From Terriglobia bacterium (GTDB lineage: Bacteria; Acidobacteriota; Terriglobia; Bryobacterales; Bryobacteraceae): 64,000 nt of DNA. The stretch covers positions 145 to 64,144 of the forward strand of contig JAIQFL010000010.1 in NCBI GenBank assembly GCA_020073365.1, written 5' to 3'. Below, piece by piece: positions 59,130-64,000 of the stretch. A model generated the notes under the pieces. The model searched no databases. It worked only from the letters and a program-made list of their open reading frames with translations, and was not told where the DNA came from. A program made the translations under genes and the position numbers. Each line of letters opens with the position of its first letter. Position 1 is the first letter of the stretch.

Positions 59130-61759
59130 TGCGCGATCCCAGGAGCATCGTCCGGGTCCTGGCCATCGCGGCAGTTGCCGTTATCCTGGGGACGCCCTCG
59201 GAAGCATATTATCAGTACATCCACTTCGGCAGCCGGACCGGGCCGTTTAATCCGATCTACGAGAAGTTTGATCTCAACGCTCTGACGATGACCAACAAGA
59301 CGGTCAGTTTCTTCGTCAGCGACCAGAGCCCGGCCGTATACGCCCCTAACGACAGTTTCGGTTCCGTCCTGAGCCAGGTGAAACAGGCCTTGGCCACCTG
59401 GAACGGCGTCAGCAGTTCCGATCTGCGCGTGGCATTCGGCGGCCTGGAAAGTTATACTCCAAACCCCACTACCGCGGCGCCGGGCGGCGCGATTCCGATC
59501 GCCTCCACGCCGGGCGGGGACGTGATTTTCGTGGACCTGCCGCCGGGCATCATCGGCATGGGCGCTCCGACCGCCTCCCAGACCCCGGTAAACGGGCCGA
59601 ACGGAGCCTTTTTCCCGATTGTTCGCGGGCTGGTCATGCTTTCGCGCGACACCACCGCGGGGACAGGCCCCAGCTACTTCGAAGCATTCTTTACCACGGC
59701 GGTACACGAGATCGGACACGCGCTGGGACTCCAGCACACCTGGACGGGGAGCGCGATGTCGCAGGGAGTCATTCGGAACACCTCACGTGCAAGGCCTTTG
59801 GACGCGGACGACATCGCCGGGCTTTCCGTACTTTATGGAAAGTCCGGCTGGGCCACCGGCTACGGTTCGATCACGGGGAGAGTGACCGTGAACAATGTGG
59901 GCGTTGCCTTGGCTTCTGTGGTGGCGATTTCGCCGAACGGTCCGGCTGTCAGCGCGCTGACGAACCCGGATGGGACGTACCGAATCGACGGCCTGCCGCC
60001 CAGTTTGAATTACCAGGTATACGTGCACCCGCTTCCGCCCGACGGTATCGTTCCGAATGGCGAGGGCCTCCGCCCGCCGGTCGATCAAAACGGCCAGTCT
60101 CTGCTCCCCAACGTCGCCGCTTTCCAGAGCCTATTTTACCCGGCTACTCTGGACCCGCAGCAGGCGAGCCTGATCAACATCGCGAGCGGCTCGGTGATCC
60201 CCAATATCAATTTTGCCGTCCAGCAACGGGCGGCCGTACCGACCTACGACGTGGTCACTTATTGCCGGCTCAATTCCGCGGCTCGAACCTACAGCGCATC
60301 GGGCGACATCACGCTGGTGGGGTACCCGGCATTTGTCAACTCGACGCAGAGCGTGGGCCTGGTCATCGCCCAGGCAGCCCCTCCTGCTTTTCTGCCAAAC
60401 CCGCAGTTCATGTCCATTATGGGTGGATTCGCACGGGCGCCGCTGAACAACCCGACGGGTCTGGCCCCCACGGTTCTGCCCTATCCGAATCAGCCGGGCA
60501 ACATAGCGGCATATTTTTCGATTCCCCTCGGCGCTGGAACGGGTCCGCGCCACCTGGTTTTCAATTTCGGAAACGATATGTACGTGCTGCCGAACGGTGT
60601 CACCCTGGTGCAGAAGGGCCCGCCGCTGATCACCGGGGCCACTCCCAACCCGGATGGCACGGTAACCATCACCGGCGCCGGTTTTGGCCTCGACAGCAGT
60701 GTCTACTTCGACGGCCTGAAAGCCAACGCGACAGTGCCGTTCAACGGGACGGACGCTCAGGGCTCGATCACGGTAACGCCGCCGCCCGGAGCCAGCGGGC
60801 AGGCCTCCACCATCACGCTCTACAATACCGACGGCCAGAATTCCATGATCCTGCAGTCGCAGAATCCACTGACTTACACCTATCCCGTCACTGCCGCGCC
60901 TCTGATCAACAGCATCAGCATTCTGTCGTTGCCCGCCGCTTCCGCGGCCGCGGTGGATATTACGGCATCCAACATCAATTTCCAGGATGGCCAGGTGACC
61001 GTGGGATTCGGTTCGGACGATGTGAACGTCCGGCACGTCTGGGTGCTGAGCCCGACCCACCTGATCGCCAACGTGGTGGCTGCCTCGGGAGCGACGTTGG
61101 GCGCGTCGGAAATCAGCGTCATTTCCGGCTTCCAGGTCATCACGCTGCCAGGGGTGTTCCAGACACAACCGGCACAGCCGGGGCGGCCGTTCTTGAATCT
61201 GCCCGCGGTGAACGCGGATCCTACGCAGCAGACTATCTATCCCGGCAGCATTGCATCCATCTATGGCCTCAACCTGGCAGTATCGTCGACCAGTGCGCAG
61301 TTGAAGCTGAACGATGTGCCGCTGCAACTGCCGTTCGTCTCGTCGACGCAGATCAACTTCCTCGTGCCCGCCGGGTTCCCGACTGGCTTGGCCAGGTTGG
61401 ACCTGAACAACGGCGCGATCGCCGCTTTCACCGTGATGGTGGAGATCGACAACCCGCCACCCGCGATCGCATCGGTGAACAACCAATCGAACCTGCCGCT
61501 GAACGGCGGTTCCGTAACGGCGGGCGAGATCCTGAACGTGGTGGTGACCGGTCTCGACCCGGGCGTGCTCACCAACCAGAGCCGCGTGCAGGTGACCGTT
61601 GCCGGAGTGACGATGCCGGTTCTGGGGATCGCCTCTTCGGGCAACGGCCAATTCCAGATTCAGTTCGTCCTCACGCAATCGTTTGGCGGCTCTCAGGTAC
61701 CCTTGATGGTGTGGGTGGACGGCTCCAGCAGCCAGCCAGTCAATATCACCGTCCGATAG
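59129..61759 (+). CDS. secreted matrixin-like metzincin metallopeptidase with CarboxypepD_reg-like, Ig-like and TIGR03437-like C-terminal domains
   Basis: Signal MRDPRSIVRVLAIAAVAVILG. AVHEIGHALGLQHT (HExxHxxGxxH), SAMS Met-turn region, DADDIAGLSVLYG. GSITGRVTVNN...DGTYRIDGLP. C-terminal GSIASIYGLNL...TQINFLVP type repeats. Confidence 0.85.
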   Translation: MRDPRSIVRVLAIAAVAVILGTPSEAYYQYIHFGSRTGPFNPIYEKFDLNALTMTNKTVSFFVSDQSPAVYAPNDSFGSVLSQVKQALATWNGVSSSDLRVAFGGLESYTPNPTTAAPGGAIPIASTPGGDVIFVDLPPGIIGMGAPTASQTPVNGPNGAFFPIVRGLVMLSRDTTAGTGPSYFEAFFTTAVHEIGHALGLQHTWTGSAMSQGVIRNTSRARPLDADDIAGLSVLYGKSGWATGYGSITGRVTVNNVGVALASVVAISPNGPAVSALTNPDGTYRIDGLPPSLNYQVYVHPLPPDGIVPNGEGLRPPVDQNGQSLLPNVAAFQSLFYPATLDPQQASLINIASGSVIPNINFAVQQRAAVPTYDVVTYCRLNSAARTYSASGDITLVGYPAFVNSTQSVGLVIAQAAPPAFLPNPQFMSIMGGFARAPLNNPTGLAPTVLPYPNQPGNIAAYFSIPLGAGTGPRHLVFNFGNDMYVLPNGVTLVQKGPPLITGATPNPDGTVTITGAGFGLDSSVYFDGLKANATVPFNGTDAQGSITVTPPPGASGQASTITLYNTDGQNSMILQSQNPLTYTYPVTAAPLINSISILSLPAASAAAVDITASNINFQDGQVTVGFGSDDVNVRHVWVLSPTHLIANVVAASGATLGASEISVISGFQVITLPGVFQTQPAQPGRPFLNLPAVNADPTQQTIYPGSIASIYGLNLAVSSTSAQLKLNDVPLQLPFVSSTQINFLVPAGFPTGLARLDLNNGAIAAFTVMVEIDNPPPAIASVNNQSNLPLNGGSVTAGEILNVVVTGLDPGVLTNQSRVQVTVAGVTMPVLGIASSGNGQFQIQFVLTQSFGGSQVPLMVWVDGSSSQPVNITVR

Positions 61760-61790
61760 TGGGCAGGGCTTTAAGCCTGGCTCTCAGCCT

Positions 61791-61860
61791 GCGGACCCGC
61801 TTTCCAGCGGGTCCAGCCAGCCGGAAGGCTGGCTCGCGGGCAAGGATTGCCCCGCCCCAC
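61791..61860 (-). repeat. cluster of three hairpins between convergent genes, GTGG head on minus strand
   Basis: GGACCCGC-TTTCCA-GCGGGTCC (61793-61814), AGCCAGCC-GGAA-GGCTGGCT (61815-61834), GCGGGCAA-GGA-TTGCCCCGC (61836-61855). CCAC is at 61857-61860. Confidence 0.6.
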
Positions 61861-61873
61861 AGGACCTCTGGTG

Positions 61874-63529
61874 CTACCGATACGGTAATGCCCGCGTGGG
61901 TGCACCGAGGCCCCCCGCAACAGGTCGTTCCGGCTGTCCCACGGCGGCTTTCAAACCGCTCTCGGCGTGGGCGTCGGATGGATACTGCTCGAGCGCGATG
62001 CGGAAGCCTCGCTCCGCAACGGCCGGCCTCTTGTTCTTCAGCGCGGCGTTACCCAGGGCCTCCGCCACCGGCCGCGGGTAATAAGGCGGCTCCGTATACG
62101 TGAGTCGGCGCTCTGCTTTGGACGCGGCCTCCAGTTGCTTCAGACCGCGATCGATGCGGCCGGCCGCGATCTCCAGATGGCCCGCCAGTTCCTGGCGCGC
62201 TACCTGTAATTCCGGCGGTTCGGCGCGATGCGTCTTGTCCCGGAAGTCCGCCATTGCCTGTTCGAACAGGCGCGATTCTTCTCCGGCCGCGCTCGGGTTC
62301 CCCTGGTTGGCATAAGCCACCCCGCGGGCCCAATGCCGCCAGGCTTCCTGGCGCGCCTTGCCGTAGGTGGGCAGCATGCGCTCGTCCAGGATGGCGTCCC
62401 ATTTTTCAAATTGCACCAGCGTGCGCATCATAGCGAACCAGCCCTGCGCCCGGGCGCCGGTCATCAGATCGGCGGCCGCGGCTTGGCGGGGATTCTCCGG
62501 GAACCCGAGCAGCTCCCTGGCGGCCTCCACGGCATCGTCATAACGGCCTTCGAAAGAGTAGGCGGTGGCCAGGTAGTGCACGTTGTGTCCATGGTGCCCG
62601 TCGCCATACTGCTTGTCCTGCTTCATCCAGCCACGTTCGTTTTCGGCCGCTGCGCCAAATGCCTTGGCCGCGTCGGCCCAGCGCCCCGTCTGGGAATAGA
62701 TGTGTCCGGGCATGTGCAGCGCGTGGGGAATATTGGTGACCAGTTGCGCGTATTTCTCGCAGCTCGGCCAGGCCTCTTTGGCGAAGGACGACCCTTCGAA
62801 CCCGTGAATGATGTAGTGATGCAATCCCGGATGGTCGGGAACTTTCGCCAACAATCCGCGCAGGATGGCGACCGCCTCCAGGCTGCCGGGGGCGACGGGC
62901 TTCTTGCCGGGCAGGGAAAACCCGCGCATGATCATGAGGGCGAGCTCGAGTTGCGCCTCCACCTCATCGGGATGCTTCGCAAGCAGGCTGCGCAGTTCTT
63001 TGACGAAGGACTCTTCCGGATCTTTGGCGCTGGGGTCGCGGCGCGCCGCCACGGCTGCAATGTACATCTTCTCGAGGTCCGTGGCCTTGCCCGGAAGCTG
63101 GCTCAGCGCCACGGCCTTCTCGGCCGCGGTGCGAGCGCGCGTCGTCGCCGGAGGCGTCTGCTTGCCCTGCACCTGGGTCAGGAGATCGATCTGGAAGCGA
63201 GGACGCCAGTCGCCCGCCGCCACCATGGCGATGCCCCACTGCGGCATGGCGGCCTGGGGATCGAGCGCCGCGGCCTGGAGAAACGAGCGTTCCGCTTCGC
63301 GCGCCCAGAAGGAATGCATCTGCGCGAGCCCCTGATCGAAGAACTTCTGGGCCTCGGGGCTGGTGGTGCTGATGGCGAGGTGCACAGTACCCATGCCGGG
63401 AAGCAGTTTGGCCGGCAATGTGGGCGCGAGGGCGCTGGGAGGCGGCGTGCAATTGTCGGCGGCTTTGGGAGTCTGCGCCGCGGCGGCCAAGGCTAGCGAG
63501 AGAACGGTCAGGCCAAGTCTGAGTGTCAT
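61874..63529 (-). CDS. secreted TPR-like repeat protein
   Basis: ORF 61874..63607 trimmed to MTLRLGLTVLSLALAAAAQ (ATG 63529, AGGAGG upstream). All-helical with repeated A/W/Y patterns. The ORF-track N-terminus MARAFLPVL is a read-through of the family B hairpin. Confidence 0.7.
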   Translation of the reverse strand: MTLRLGLTVLSLALAAAAQTPKAADNCTPPPSALAPTLPAKLLPGMGTVHLAISTTSPEAQKFFDQGLAQMHSFWAREAERSFLQAAALDPQAAMPQWGIAMVAAGDWRPRFQIDLLTQVQGKQTPPATTRARTAAEKAVALSQLPGKATDLEKMYIAAVAARRDPSAKDPEESFVKELRSLLAKHPDEVEAQLELALMIMRGFSLPGKKPVAPGSLEAVAILRGLLAKVPDHPGLHHYIIHGFEGSSFAKEAWPSCEKYAQLVTNIPHALHMPGHIYSQTGRWADAAKAFGAAAENERGWMKQDKQYGDGHHGHNVHYLATAYSFEGRYDDAVEAARELLGFPENPRQAAAADLMTGARAQGWFAMMRTLVQFEKWDAILDERMLPTYGKARQEAWRHWARGVAYANQGNPSAAGEESRLFEQAMADFRDKTHRAEPPELQVARQELAGHLEIAAGRIDRGLKQLEAASKAERRLTYTEPPYYPRPVAEALGNAALKNKRPAVAERGFRIALEQYPSDAHAESGLKAAVGQPERPVAGGLGAPTRALPYR

Positions 63530-63582
63530 TAAGCCTCCTATCGCACCGGCTTTGGCGCCGGTGTGGTTTGGCTGGAAGAATA

Positions 63583-63604
63583 ACACAGGCAGGAATGCCC
63601 GTGC
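63583..63604 (-). terminator. family B hairpin (GCACGGGCA-TTCC-TGCCTGTGT, then TATTCTTCC) downstream of ADOP gene
   Basis: On the minus strand it is preceded by GTGG. It lies about 50 nt after the stop at 63654. A third copy of the hairpin seen at 13993 and 14858. Confidence 0.55.
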
Positions 63605-63653
63605 CACATCACGCCGGCACCGGGTGCGTCCACACCAGTTGCGTCACATTGAG

Positions 63654-64000
63654 CTATTCCTGCCGGAGCACCCGCGTCGGATCCACCTTGGCGGCGCGCT
63701 GAGCTGGAATCCAGCAGGCTGCCATCGTGGCCGCGGCCAGCAGCGCGGGAGCGCCGAGTAAAACGATCGCGCCCAAGGGGTTGGTCCCGACCACAAAGTT
63801 CGGAACCACGTTGCGCGCAATCGGAATCACCAGCGCCAGTCCAATCGCCAGCCCAACCGCGGTGAAAACGGCGCCCTGGTTCAGCACCATGCGCATAACA
63901 CAAGCGGGCGTCGCGCCGATTGCAAGGCGGATTCCAATTTCGCGCGTCCGCCGGTTCACGGCGTAGGCGACGACTCCGTACAGCCCGATCACCGCCATGA
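63654..64000 (-). CDS. ADOP/FtsX-type permease, C-terminal part (gene continues beyond window)
   Basis: ...YGVVAYAVNRRTREIGIRLAIGATPACVMRMVLNQGAVF...IPAQRAAKVDPTRVLRQE aligns with the C-termini of the two other ADOP genes. Confidence 0.8.
   Translation of the reverse strand, partial: MAVIGLYGVVAYAVNRRTREIGIRLAIGATPACVMRMVLNQGAVFTAVGLAIGLALVIPIARNVVPNFVVGTNPLGAIVLLGAPALLAAATMAACWIPAQRAAKVDPTRVLRQE

Noticed and set aside
60131-62103. 515-aa minus-strand and 613-aa plus-strand alternative-frame ORFs
   Set aside because: They overlap the metzincin gene, whose frame carries HExxHxxGxxH and repeated domain signatures. The alternatives are Arg/Gly/Pro-rich.
62228-63496. 422-aa plus-strand ORF
   Set aside because: It is antisense to the TPR-like gene, which has a signal peptide and an AGGAGG RBS.

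Overview
GC-rich 64-kb chromosomal segment. It most resembles an Acidobacteriota genome of the Bryobacter/Solibacter type. Support from memory of family signatures: ADOP duplicated MacB/FtsX permeases, two TIGR03435-like proteins, two proteins with a TIGR03437-like 'Solibacter C-terminal' domain, a DUF1549/DUF1553 + DUF1501 pair, and a BlaR1-TonB fusion. I call about 55 protein-coding genes and one tRNA-Gln(CUG); I saw no rRNA and no CRISPR array. Main content, in order: (1) an envelope glycosylation locus made of unusual fusions; (2) argD; (3) an ADOP - B3 metallo-beta-lactamase - ADOP block; (4) an AmmeMemoRadiSam system with fused B-A proteins; (5) three type II TA modules (TacAT-like, MazEF-like, VapBC); (6) a globin-ankyrin fusion; (7) imuA-imuB without dnaE2; (8) blaI-blaR1/TonB; (9) an operon of an ICL/PEP-mutase-family lyase, LeuCD-like hydro-lyase, IPMDH-like dehydrogenase and DUF302 protein; (10) GH5 and GH2 glycosidases; (11) a TPM-NTase-LemA trio; (12) a lower Weimberg-type module; (13) an MntH-USP fusion; (14) a prodomain-less metzincin. 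The signal best supported by direct reading is non-genic. It is a set of short hairpin repeats with a 5' GTGG head, usually placed 0-20 nt after a stop codon. One copy sits in-frame inside the GH2 gene and one forms the last 14 codons of the IPMDH-like gene. An internally deleted RAYT-like (IS200/Y1) gene bracketed by 46-bp inverted repeats lies in the same window. I also see decay products: a frameshifted ADOP gene, an ADOP remnant, a start-less PEP-CTERM ORF, and a 325-nt duplicated FAH gene fragment. All family assignments come from motif recognition by eye and need HMM or BLAST confirmation. Many long ORFs in the track are antisense shadow ORFs typical of high-GC DNA and were rejected.
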